Virus record (IMG/VR): IMGVR_UViG_3300046513_000343
Span: 13,778 to 77,777 of that record
Source of the DNA: a virus
Strand: one strand, 5' to 3'
DNA: 64,000 nucleotides
Under the pieces are notes generated by a model. The model was not told the origin of the DNA, did not search any database, and was given only the letters and a program-made list of their open reading frames with translations. The position numbers were made by a program, and so were the translations under genes. Of the stretch, positions 46,119 to 54,903 are shown one piece after another; position 1 is the first letter of the stretch, and each line of letters opens with the position of its first letter.

Positions 46119-47123
46119 CTACTCTACTGGAGCGCCCTCGCTGGTGCGTTTTTTTGCCTTGCCCGCCAGCCGCGCCGCCACCCACTCAGCGCTCTGTTTT
46201 TTGCCGAGCTTGGCTGCCGACAGTTTGGCGCGGTGTTCTGGCGTAAGTACCTTACCCTTGTTTGCCTTGCCCAAGTTGGCCAGGTGCTCTGCGGTTTTAA
46301 CCCTGCCCTTGAGCTTCGCCGATATTTGCGCTCGCGTTGCCACCGAAATGACCTGCCCCTTGTGCGCTTCGGATAACTTGGCGCAGAACTCGGCGCTCAT
46401 TATCATATTCTTGTTCCATGGGGTCGCCGGTGGGCTTGGCAGCTTCGGCGGTGGGGGTGGCAACATCGCCAGCTTGCGCGCACGGTTCGCCGCTTGCGTT
46501 GCGAGCCTTTTGGTGACCTGCTCTGGCGGCTGCTTCTTGCCAATTTTTGCCGCCGCAAGACGAAATCTGGTTTCAGGCGACACCGTGCGGCCTTTGGCGT
46601 TTGAATTGCCCATGCCAGCTTCGCTCAACCGCTTTTTCGTTTCATCCGAGTGGTGGGACAGTTGCTCTTTTTTTGCCTTGGAGATTGCCGCCCCACGCTC
46701 TGGCGGATAGGGGCCACGCTTCTTGCCTTTTTGCCCGGCACCGATATTTGCCCGCCACTCTGCTGACATCACGCGGCCCGTTAAGGACTTGCTGATATTG
46801 GCACGATGTTCTGGTGAATTTGTCATGCCTAACCGGCTACCGGCCGTCGCCGTCATGTTGTACCCCGATGCCCAGGCATCGAAACCGTCAATCGCGCGCT
46901 GCTCGTAGAACAGCAAGTCCTTCTTCTCGCAGCAGAACAAGATCACAAACACGAATGTATCCTTGCCGTACTTGATCCACGCTCGTTGCAGCTTGCTGCT
47001 GTGGTGGCAATTAGTATTGAGTTCGTGCCTATGCTTTATGAACCGCTTAGAGAAATGCACAGCGCTACCGACATACCGCTTGCCGTTGCTGGTATTAATG
47101 ATTGCGTACACACCGGATTTCAT
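46119..47123 (-). CDS. Free-standing GIY-YIG homing endonuclease with NUMOD3 repeats
   Basis: MKSGVYAIIN..KRYVGSA..RFIKH..LQRAWIKYG..GYN; repeated S.EHRAKLS.A.KG. Confidence 0.9.
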   Translation of the reverse strand: MKSGVYAIINTSNGKRYVGSAVHFSKRFIKHRHELNTNCHHSSKLQRAWIKYGKDTFVFVILFCCEKKDLLFYEQRAIDGFDAWASGYNMTATAGSRLGMTNSPEHRANISKSLTGRVMSAEWRANIGAGQKGKKRGPYPPERGAAISKAKKEQLSHHSDETKKRLSEAGMGNSNAKGRTVSPETRFRLAAAKIGKKQPPEQVTKRLATQAANRARKLAMLPPPPPKLPSPPATPWNKNMIMSAEFCAKLSEAHKGQVISVATRAQISAKLKGRVKTAEHLANLGKANKGKVLTPEHRAKLSAAKLGKKQSAEWVAARLAGKAKKRTSEGAPVE

Positions 47124-47166
47124 TTTCACCTCGCGGTCGATGTGTACATTGTATTGCCTGGATTCC

Positions 47167-47193
47167 AAAAAAAAAGCCCGCGCGAGGCGGGCT
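47167..47193 (-). terminator. Intrinsic terminator
   Basis: AGCCCGC-ctcgc-GCGGGCT followed by a T run. Confidence 0.8.
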
Positions 47194-47218
47194 GAACGTG
47201 GTGAACGTGGTGTCAGTC

Positions 47219-47371
47219 TCAGCGCGAGCCTGGCGGGGAATTGTTGGGCAGCAGCCACCAGCCGAGCTGGCGGCGAATTTCCACCGGCGTGCCCGGTGGC
47301 GTGGGCGCTTTAGCGCGCTCCTGCAGGTAGTGGCGGACAGCTTCTTTCGTCGGCGGGATCACGGTCGGCAT
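47219..47371 (-). CDS. 50-aa protein of a type common in Oxalobacteraceae
   Basis: AGGAGG RBS; MPTVIPPTKEAVRHYLQERAKAPTPPGTPVEIRRQLGWWLL. Confidence 0.65.
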   Translation of the reverse strand: MPTVIPPTKEAVRHYLQERAKAPTPPGTPVEIRRQLGWWLLPNNSPPGSR

Positions 47372-47390
47372 GGCAACCTCCTGCGGGGTG

Positions 47391-47446
47391 GTTTAGCTGA
47401 AACGGCCTGATTAGCTGCACAGCTAATCAGGCCAGATCAGCTAAAC
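47391..47446. repeat. 56-bp near-perfect inverted repeat
   Basis: GTTTAGCTGA-aac-GGCCTGATTAGCTG-ca-CAGCTAATCAGGCC-aga-TCAGCTAAAC. Confidence 0.9.
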
Positions 47447-47454
47447 AAGCGGGC

Positions 47455-47700
47455 TTAGTCGGGCGCTGCGGTGAAGGTGACGTAGTATTTTTTGCCTGGC
47501 TCGAAGAACATCGCGGCAGCCGCTTCGGCGTCGATCCCCATCTGGCAGCTGCCCCATGGGGTGTACTTGGTGAAGTCGGCGTTCTCGCTTTTGTCGTTGG
47601 AGTAGACGCAGCCCAGGTCCACCCGCGTGACCGCGCCGCTGGGAGTGGGCTGGGAGGTGCTGTTGCAAACCATCTTGGCGCGCACGGAAGTAATCGTCAT
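47455..47700 (-). CDS. Conserved small phage protein
   Basis: VRAKMVC..ENADFTKYTPWG..FEPGKKYYVTFT. Confidence 0.7.
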   Translation of the reverse strand: MTITSVRAKMVCNSTSQPTPSGAVTRVDLGCVYSNDKSENADFTKYTPWGSCQMGIDAEAAAAMFFEPGKKYYVTFTAAPD

Positions 47701-47781
47701 GGTGATGCTCCTATAGAGGCCCGGTAGGGCGGGTATAGGGCTGTGGTCTTGCGTCTTGCGCCCCGAAAGCTGAAAACCAAT

Positions 47782-47928
47782 GCAACAAGCCCGCGCCTGG
47801 TAAGGGGGCGGGCTTGTTGCGAAAAGGGAAGTGCGAGGGTACGGGCGAACAAGGGCAGCAAGGGTCGCCTTCCGATGTAGACAGGTTCTTTGCTGCACCC
47901 GCCAATGGGGGTGTTCGCCCGAATTATG
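47782..47928 (-). promoter_or_regulatory. Putative late promoter, structured leader and terminator (pR'/tR'-like)
   Basis: CATAAT at 47928-47923; 80-nt fold 47921-47842; 13-bp stem 47820-47782; directly after the Q-like gene. Confidence 0.5.
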
Positions 47929-48021
47929 CCGACTCGAAAGGGCCAGAAACTTCCCACGGCAACCCAATACGTCCGGCAGTGCGCACAGCTTAAATGTTTC
48001 GATTTTCAAATTCAAGCCTTT

Positions 48022-48522
48022 TCAAGCGACTTCCCGGCGCAGCTTCTTTTTAGCCCGCGCCCCCGCCTTGTACTCGAAGATGAACAGTTCCTCGATCATG
48101 TCCAGCACGTAGTCACGGATCGCCGGGTTGCAGCGCAGCTCGGCCTGGCCGCTGCCGTCGCACAGCGCGCAGTTCTTGGCTGACAGGGTCGGCGTGTTGA
48201 AGATGGTCTCCTGGCAGCGCCCGGTGCAGGCCGGGCACACCGACGAAATCCAGCGTGTCAGCGAGAGATAGGCGACCTTGTCGATCGGGACATGCACCGG
48301 CCAGTTGCGGCGGCCGGCCTTCTGCGACACGATCCACGTCCACTGGTCGCGCAGGCGCGGGTAGCTCGAAACGTCGTTGAAATACTTGACGCGGAAGTAC
48401 AGCCCGCCAAAAGCCGACGACAGCGCCATCGCCGCCAGCACATCGGTGTCGAAGTGAAATTCGTCCGATCGGAGGTTGCCCGAGCCGACCGCGCGCACGT
48501 AGCGCTGTGCCAGTTGTGCCAT
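48022..48522 (-). CDS. Q-like late antiterminator
   Basis: CPACTGR..CALCDGSG zinc finger; last gene of the delayed-early operon. Confidence 0.65.
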   Translation of the reverse strand: MAQLAQRYVRAVGSGNLRSDEFHFDTDVLAAMALSSAFGGLYFRVKYFNDVSSYPRLRDQWTWIVSQKAGRRNWPVHVPIDKVAYLSLTRWISSVCPACTGRCQETIFNTPTLSAKNCALCDGSGQAELRCNPAIRDYVLDMIEELFIFEYKAGARAKKKLRREVA

Positions 48523-48534
48523 ATCGTCCTCCGC

Positions 48535-48732
48535 TTACAACTTGGCCACGTAGGCCGCCAGCAGGTCCAGCGCCGCATCGAGCAGCGCCGGCGTCGGTGT
48601 CTGCCCATTGTCCAGCAGCGGGTCCAGCCACTGCTGCGCCTGTTCCTGCTGTTGCTTGCTGGCGCACATCACCCAGCGCAAAGCGCGGTAGCGCTGCGCG
48701 TCGAGGTGGTCCTTGCTCGCTTGCTCGTCCAT
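48535..48732 (-). CDS. Hypothetical protein
   Basis: AGGAG RBS; DAQRYRALR motif. Confidence 0.6.
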   Translation of the reverse strand: MDEQASKDHLDAQRYRALRWVMCASKQQQEQAQQWLDPLLDNGQTPTPALLDAALDLLAAYVAKL

Positions 48733-48740
48733 GGCCGCTC

Positions 48741-49103
48741 CTACGTTTCCAGAATGTCGATGTTGTATAGCGCCTTCATGATGTGGCGCTTGATCTTGTA
48801 GACGCGCGTGAGCACGCCCTTGGTGTCCTCGATGACCGTCTTGCCGCTGGCGGTCAGCGTGTAGCCGAAATCGGCGACGTAGCGCAGCGCCGGCGTGGCC
48901 CGCTTTGATCCAAACAGACGCACCGACGGCACCAGCTCGAACGACACCTGGCGGCGCAGGTCGCTGATCTTGCCGCGCTGTTGCAGGCGGGTCAGCTCAA
49001 TCCAGCGCGCCGCCTCGGCCTGCGAATCGAAGTGCTGGCCGTTGATCTCGACGTGCCTGTTGCCATACTTCGGGCGCTTGGGCAGGGAGCCGGGGCGCTT
49101 CAA
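48741..49103 (-). CDS. DUF1064 family (PD-(D/E)XK nuclease-like) protein
   Basis: KYGNR..FDSQAEAARW..QVSFEL..YVADFGY..IEDTKG. Confidence 0.85.
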   Translation of the reverse strand: MKRPGSLPKRPKYGNRHVEINGQHFDSQAEAARWIELTRLQQRGKISDLRRQVSFELVPSVRLFGSKRATPALRYVADFGYTLTASGKTVIEDTKGVLTRVYKIKRHIMKALYNIDILET

Positions 49104-49591
49104 TTGCTGTCTCCGCCGCCACCTCCGCAGCCGTCGCTGCCGCCGCTATCGCTGCTGGCCGCGTTGGCGGCATCGCTGCCGGACGGGACGCACCAGTCGC
49201 TGTTCGACGGCAGATGGTGGATCGGCACCAGATGCACCTGCATGCCCATATCGAGCGGCATGCTGTCCGGTGCCGGGCTTGATACGCTGTCACGCTGCGC
49301 TTGCGCAGCTGGCCGCGGCGCCAGCTTGCCCTCGCGCTCGCGTTGCATGTCGCGTATCACATTGCGCTCGAATGTTGCGCGCTCGTTGCGCTGCGCCAGC
49401 GCCGCTTCCCGGCTGCGGGTCCACGCCGCGTCGCGTGCCTGGCGCGCCGCATCCTGCGCCGCCTTCTCGCGGGCGCGCCGTGCCCCGATCGCCTGCGCCA
49501 TCGCCGCCGTGCGCTCGATCGCTGCCTCGATTTCCCGCTCGGCGCGCGCATGGCGTGCCGCCGGTCCCCATTTTTTCAGCCATCCAAACAT
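49100..49591 (-). CDS. Hypothetical protein
   Basis: GGAG RBS; Gly/Ser-rich tail. Confidence 0.55.
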   Translation of the reverse strand: MFGWLKKWGPAARHARAEREIEAAIERTAAMAQAIGARRAREKAAQDAARQARDAAWTRSREAALAQRNERATFERNVIRDMQREREGKLAPRPAAQAQRDSVSSPAPDSMPLDMGMQVHLVPIHHLPSNSDWCVPSGSDAANAASSDSGGSDGCGGGGGDSN

Positions 49592-49619
49592 GCTTTGCTC
49601 CCGGTGAAGTGACTCGGAC

Positions 49620-50006
49620 TTACGCTTTTTCCAGCGCGGCGTACCCGCTTGGCACGGCGCGCAGGTCGTTGCTGCCCTCGCGTATGCCGCGCGTGGACAG
49701 GAAGTAGCGGCGGTCCAGCGGCGGCGTGAAACGGTTCACCACGCGCGGCGGCACCAGCGGCGTGGCCACCTTCGGCTGCGGCGGTTCGTAGTAAAACAGC
49801 ACCGCCTCGCTGACGCAGTAACGCGCCCCAACCCGGTCCAGGCAGCCGAGCGTCACCAGTTCCTCGTACAGCTTGTCCATGTCGGCCAGCGTCATCTTGT
49901 TGAACGAGCCGTGCAGCTCGATCCCCTCCTTGAGCGTGACCGGCCCGCACTGGCGCAGCGCCTGCACGATGGCCATGGTGCGGGAGTTCTTCGGCGGCAG
50001 TTTCAT
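49620..50006 (-). CDS. Hypothetical protein, possible winged-helix
   Basis: AGGAG RBS, ATGA overlap; MKLPPKNSRT. Confidence 0.6.
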   Translation of the reverse strand: MKLPPKNSRTMAIVQALRQCGPVTLKEGIELHGSFNKMTLADMDKLYEELVTLGCLDRVGARYCVSEAVLFYYEPPQPKVATPLVPPRVVNRFTPPLDRRYFLSTRGIREGSNDLRAVPSGYAALEKA

Positions 50007-50299
50007 GGCGCTTCTCCTTGGCTGTATTTGGTGATCGGTTGGCGCCAGGTATCGAGCAACCACGTATTGAGGCGCACATAGTTGTTCTCGGCGGTTTGGG
50101 TGTAGCCATTGCGCAGTGCCATCGCCAGCGTGGCGATGTAATCCATCATCGGGCCGGGGCTGGCGCGCACCAGCTGGCGCCATTCCTCGGCCTCGTCCTC
50201 CGTCATGTCGTAAAACCACACGACGTAGCGGAAGTCGCACGCGAATTCCTTGGTCACCCGAATCTTCGGGTGACGGGCCACGGCGCGTGGACGGGCCAT
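50003..50299 (-). CDS. Hypothetical protein
   Basis: TAATG coupling to the vWA gene. Confidence 0.6.
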   Translation of the reverse strand: MARPRAVARHPKIRVTKEFACDFRYVVWFYDMTEDEAEEWRQLVRASPGPMMDYIATLAMALRNGYTQTAENNYVRLNTWLLDTWRQPITKYSQGEAP

Positions 50300-50979
50300 T
50301 ACGGCTTCTGCAGGCCAGCAACCGCGTCGGGCAGCACGCCGGACGGCTGCGCCGGCGGCAGCGGCACGCTGGCAATCGCATCGGCCAGCGGCCCGGCTGG
50401 CGGCTGTGCTGCCACGTTGCGCAGGTTGGTGACGGACATGCTCATCGCGCCGTAAGCCCCCCGCAGCCCGGCCCCGGTGGCAGCAAAGTTGCTGGTGGTG
50501 GCCGCGCTGATGCCGTACTTGCCGCCGGCTGCGAAAGCGTCCTGGTTGGCCGCCTGGAACAGGAACACCCAGCCGCCCTTGTCCTGCGCGTGCGTGATCA
50601 TGGTCTTGACCTGCTCCAGCGTGTACTGGTGGCTGGCGTTTTCCTCGCCGTCGGTGTTGATGTGCACAATCACCAGCTCGGCCCAGCCCTCGTCGGCGAT
50701 GCGCTCGGCATGGGCCGTCAGCGTGCTGCCGATCGCGTCGAGCAGCGCCGTGCTGCCCGTCGGCAGATAGTCGGCGGCGCCCATGTCCTTGACCTCGGAC
50801 AGCGGCAGCGCCTGGTACAGGGTGCGCACCTCGTCGTTGAACTGCACGCAGGTGATGCGCGCCTCACCCGGCACGGCGCGCTGTTCGGCCAAAAAGGTGT
50901 TGTAGCCCCCGACGACATCACGGTGCAGCGGCGCCATCGATCCGCTGCGGTCCTGGATGGCGATGATTTCTGTTTTCAT
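50299..50979 (-). CDS. vWA-domain protein
   Basis: MIDAS motif DRSGSM; GSTALLDAIG; TDGEENAS. Confidence 0.85.
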   Translation of the reverse strand: MKTEIIAIQDRSGSMAPLHRDVVGGYNTFLAEQRAVPGEARITCVQFNDEVRTLYQALPLSEVKDMGAADYLPTGSTALLDAIGSTLTAHAERIADEGWAELVIVHINTDGEENASHQYTLEQVKTMITHAQDKGGWVFLFQAANQDAFAAGGKYGISAATTSNFAATGAGLRGAYGAMSMSVTNLRNVAAQPPAGPLADAIASVPLPPAQPSGVLPDAVAGLQKP

Positions 50980-51292
50980 GATTGCCTCTCCTTGTGGTTG
51001 AAAATCGAAAACCAGTGGCCCACAGCCCTCCAAAGGTGAGAGGGGTGCCGTGGTGGCAGGCTCTCATCCCGCGCCATGTCCATGCAGCCGGACACCACGC
51101 TCTCCTGGAGGCTGAATTCACTCGGCGCCGGGTTGTCTCACCATTTGTCCCCGCCGCCTTGCTTGCAGTCGCTTCAGCTACGCTGCGTTGGCGCGCCTGC
51201 AAGGGTTGAGCAGGGCCAGTCTTTGCGCGGTGGGGGCCGATGCAAGCCCATGCACGTTTTTTGAGGTGTCGTCCGCGCCACCTGTGACCCCG

Positions 51293-52144
51293 TCAGTGCG
51301 TGCGCGCCTCCATCATCAGTTTGCTTACCGCCATCAGGCCGGCGCGTACGTACAGGTCGTTGGCATCCTCGCCCTCGACCGCACTCATGCAGTACGCCAG
51401 GCCCGCCTGCTCGACGGCGCGCAGGCCGGTGCCGCTCTTGTCATGGTCGGCGAAGGCGAACTTGCGGCCCTGCACCTGCGCCGCCACATGGGTCAGGTTG
51501 CTGGCCGAAAAACAGATCAGCACCTGGGCCTGCTGGTGCAGCTGGTGCAGCGCTGCTTCCAGCGTCAAGCCGGTGGCGTAGCCCTCGACCAGCCAGGTTT
51601 CCGGCGACCGCGGGTTCCCCAACCGGAACACGGCGCCCTTGGCGCGGGTCCCGTAGAGCATCTTTTTCTGCCACTCGCGTTCGTCCATCAGCCAGCGGAT
51701 GACCTGCGCGCCGACCAGCTGGTTCGACTCCAGCGTGCGCATCGGCACGATCAGCTCGCGCGCGTCGTTGACCAGGCCGCGCACCTCGGGCAGCTGCTTG
51801 CTGCGCAGGTAGTTGTGTTCGCCAGGCTTGCAGGCGGCCAGCATGGCGGCGGCGGTGCGCTCGGCCTGGCGGTGCACCTCGGCCTGGCGGCGCTCCTGCG
51901 CGCGCTTGCGCTCGCCCCACGCCTTGCGGTCGGCGTCGGTGAAGCCCTTGGCGTCCGGGTTGTCATACCAGTGAATCTCGGCGCCGTTCGACCAGTCCGA
52001 CACCCAGCCCCGGCGGCCGTCCCAAAAATAGGCGCCGTCCTTGGTGCGCGGATGCTGTTCGGTCGGGCAACGGCGCACCCGCTCGCTCGGGTACAGGTCG
52101 GGCAGGAGCAGGCCGTACAGAGTGGCGAATTGGGTAAACGTCAT
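51293..52144 (-). CDS. Toprim-domain primase
   Basis: HNYLRSK..LIVPM..VEGYATG..FADHDKSGTG..DANDL. Confidence 0.85.
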   Translation of the reverse strand: MTFTQFATLYGLLLPDLYPSERVRRCPTEQHPRTKDGAYFWDGRRGWVSDWSNGAEIHWYDNPDAKGFTDADRKAWGERKRAQERRQAEVHRQAERTAAAMLAACKPGEHNYLRSKQLPEVRGLVNDARELIVPMRTLESNQLVGAQVIRWLMDEREWQKKMLYGTRAKGAVFRLGNPRSPETWLVEGYATGLTLEAALHQLHQQAQVLICFSASNLTHVAAQVQGRKFAFADHDKSGTGLRAVEQAGLAYCMSAVEGEDANDLYVRAGLMAVSKLMMEARTH

Positions 52145-53640
52145 CGCGCCCTCCGGTAGGCGATCATGTTGGCCTTGTACTTGTTCGCCACGCCGCGCGT
52201 GATGGGCACGTCGGCGACCATGTGGAAGTCGGGCAGGTTGCGCGGGAACGAGCCGGTGATGCTCTTGAACAGGTGGGCGGCGCGCTGCGGCGCTGTCTCG
52301 GGCCTGGCGCTTTTCTGACGCATCAGCGTGACGCATTGCGCCCACACGCTGGCCTTGTCGCCGACCTTGGCCTTGCCGACCTTGAACTCGACCATCTTGC
52401 CGGCTTCGTGTTCAAGCAGGTTCTGCTTGATGATCTCGAAGCCGCAGGACATGCAGCGCTTGCCGAACGGCTTGAAGTGGCATTTCGGGCAGCCGCTCGG
52501 CTCGCCGTCGTCGCGGTCCTTGCGCACCGCTTTGTCGAGCTTTTCGCCGTTGTCGAGCGAGGCCAGGCCGTCGTGGAACAGCGCCTCGAAGTCCTCGGCG
52601 AAGCGCACGATGTTGCCCGAAAAGTCGAGCAGCAGCAGGTCGGTCTTGCCGGTGGCGGGCGAAGCGCGCAGCCCGCGGCCCCACATTTGGATCGCGGTGG
52701 ACAGCGATTTGCGCAGCGGGCGCACGTCGCACACGCAGGCCACGTCTGGCACGTCAAAGCCCTTGGCCAGCGCCTCGACCGAGATCAGCACGCGCAAGAT
52801 CGCGTCAGGACCACGGAAGCTGGCCAGCAGGTCGGCGCGCGTGCTGTCGGTGGTCTCGGCGGTGAAGCAGGCCGCCAGCACGCCGGCGGCAGTGAACTCC
52901 GCGCACAACGCCTCGCAGTGGGCGATGGTGGCGCCGAAGACGATGGTCTTGCGCCCGTCGGCGTGGCGCAGCCACTCCTGCACCACGTCGCCGATGATCT
53001 TCATGCCGCGCGCGCCGGCCGCTTCGACCGTCCACTCGCCGCCGGCGGTGGCCGCGCCGCGCATGTCGACCTTGGTGCAGGACAGCACCCGCATCGGCAC
53101 CAGCACGCCGGATTCAGTCAGCTCGGCCATGGTGGTGGCATTGATCAGGTTCGAGAACAGCTTGCCCAGGCCGCTTGAAAACGGCGTCGCCGACAGACCG
53201 ATGACGGCGGCACGGCAGCTTGCAATATGTTCGGTCCACACCTTCATCTGCGTATGGGCCTCGTCGATGATGATCAGGTCGGCGTCCGGCCAGTCGCGCA
53301 TGGCCAGGGTCTGCGCGCTGGCGATCTGGAACGGCGCGTCCGGGTCGTAGCGCATGCTGTCGGCCATCAGCACGCCATGCGACAGGCCCAGCGAGTCGGC
53401 CACCTCGGAAGTCTGGTTGATCAGGGTGCGGCGGTCAGCCACAAAGATCACGCGCTTGGCGCGCAACAGCGCTTCATGGATCAGGAACATGGCCAGGATG
53501 GTCTTGCCCGAGCCGGTCGGACTCATCACCATCTGGCAGCGGTGACCGGCGGCGAACGCCTCGCGCAGCAGCACGCGCGCCGAGCGCTGGAACGGGCGCG
53601 GATCGGGAAACCTGTCGTTGACGTAGGCGGCGACCTGCAT
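52141..53640 (-). CDS. SF2 DEAH-box helicase with C-terminal zinc finger
   Basis: SPTGSGKT, IIDEAH, GLSATP, KGFDVP, QMWGRGLR, CPKC..CMSC. Confidence 0.9.
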   Translation of the reverse strand: MQVAAYVNDRFPDPRPFQRSARVLLREAFAAGHRCQMVMSPTGSGKTILAMFLIHEALLRAKRVIFVADRRTLINQTSEVADSLGLSHGVLMADSMRYDPDAPFQIASAQTLAMRDWPDADLIIIDEAHTQMKVWTEHIASCRAAVIGLSATPFSSGLGKLFSNLINATTMAELTESGVLVPMRVLSCTKVDMRGAATAGGEWTVEAAGARGMKIIGDVVQEWLRHADGRKTIVFGATIAHCEALCAEFTAAGVLAACFTAETTDSTRADLLASFRGPDAILRVLISVEALAKGFDVPDVACVCDVRPLRKSLSTAIQMWGRGLRASPATGKTDLLLLDFSGNIVRFAEDFEALFHDGLASLDNGEKLDKAVRKDRDDGEPSGCPKCHFKPFGKRCMSCGFEIIKQNLLEHEAGKMVEFKVGKAKVGDKASVWAQCVTLMRQKSARPETAPQRAAHLFKSITGSFPRNLPDFHMVADVPITRGVANKYKANMIAYRRAR

Positions 53641-53641
53641 G

Positions 53642-54484
53642 TCAGGCGGCCTTTTCCAGCTCGCGCTCGGCTTTTTCCGCACGCCGCTTCCAGTAGCTGA
53701 CATTGCGCGCGCGCTCGACGAATTCGTGCGATTTGGCTGCCAGCGTGCGCTCGGCATTGTCGGCCAGCGCCTTCTGGCGGCGCGCTTCCGCCATCGCGGC
53801 CTTGAGCTGGTCGTCGGCGTCGATCACCCGGCCCATGCTCTCGTTGTCGGCCAGTGTTTCGGCGAAGCTGGCCTTCACATCGTCCAGTTCCGCGCGCAGG
53901 GCGGCGTTTTCCTCGCGCAGCGCGTCCAACTCGGTGGCGGCCTGGCCGTCCGGCTCGTCGCGGCCGGGCGTCCTGTAGTTTTCTACAGGACGCCCCTTGG
54001 CCGGCGTCGGTGCAGCATCTGACTCGGAAAAATCGGCCGGCTTGGGCGGCGCCACCGTCGGCTCTGGCTTCGGCTTGGCCTCGGCCAGCGCCGCCTTGGC
54101 TGACACAGGTTTGCCGGCCTCCTTGCTGCGCGCGATATACGCCTCGACCGCCGGCTCGGGGATGGCGGCCAGCTGCTCGTAGCGGTGCGCGGTGGAGGTG
54201 GAAATGCCGGCATCGGCCAGCGCTTCGGCTTTGAACTTCTTCCCACCGGCGGGAAGAAGTTCAGTTTTACCTTGCTGTTTTTCCAGACCGGCGCTGATTT
54301 CGCCGATGGCGCGCTGGGCGCGCAGCTTGATCTCGGCCGCCCACTGCTCCAGCTCCGTGTCGTTGGCTTGCTTGGCGTACAGCCGCATCGCCTCGGATTT
54401 GTCGCGGATATCCTTGACCTCATCGACGTTGCGGCACTCGGCCAGCGCGAGGCGGGCTTGATCGTATTTAATCAGGTTCGTCAT
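53642..54484 (-). CDS. Hypothetical replication-region protein
   Basis: 280 aa; VDEVKDIRDK..AAEIKLRAQRAIGE; HTH-like LADAGISTSTAHRYEQLA. Confidence 0.7.
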   Translation of the reverse strand: MTNLIKYDQARLALAECRNVDEVKDIRDKSEAMRLYAKQANDTELEQWAAEIKLRAQRAIGEISAGLEKQQGKTELLPAGGKKFKAEALADAGISTSTAHRYEQLAAIPEPAVEAYIARSKEAGKPVSAKAALAEAKPKPEPTVAPPKPADFSESDAAPTPAKGRPVENYRTPGRDEPDGQAATELDALREENAALRAELDDVKASFAETLADNESMGRVIDADDQLKAAMAEARRQKALADNAERTLAAKSHEFVERARNVSYWKRRAEKAERELEKAA

Positions 54485-54903
54485 GGTTGCATTCCCAGGA
54501 TGGCGTGGATCATGTCGAGCAATTCGAGCTGACTGCCGTACAGCTTTTCAAAGCGGGCTTTGTTCGGGTGCACCGCGACCAGGCTCTTGTCGTTGCCGGT
54601 GCCCTGCTGGTGGCAGCCGGCGCACAGCGGCAGCACCAGCAAGTGGCAACCAGGGCGGGTGCGCCCGTCAATGTGGTGGATCGACACGTACTCGCTGGTG
54701 GCGCGGCCGGCCACGCGGCAGGCGATGCAGCCGATCTCGCTGGCCATGCGGTCCCACAGCTGCTGCTCGGCGGCGCTGACCGGGCGCTGGTGCGTGGTCA
54801 GCTTGCGGGCCGCCTTCGGCTTGGCCGGCGCAGCCGCTTTCGGCGGCGTCATCGGGCTGCGCTGCATCGGTGCGCTGCGCTTGAGCGGGCCGCTGCGTTT
54901 CAT
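54481..54903 (-). CDS. Ref/DUF968-like HNH nuclease
   Basis: GCIAC..VSIHHIDGRT..VLPLCAGCHQ..FEKLYGSQ. Confidence 0.75.
   Translation of the reverse strand: MKRSGPLKRSAPMQRSPMTPPKAAAPAKPKAARKLTTHQRPVSAAEQQLWDRMASEIGCIACRVAGRATSEYVSIHHIDGRTRPGCHLLVLPLCAGCHQQGTGNDKSLVAVHPNKARFEKLYGSQLELLDMIHAILGMQP

Noticed and set aside
31380-53640. Further introns or inteins in terminase, helicase or primase
   Set aside because: These ORFs are uninterrupted, of normal length and lack intein terminal motifs.
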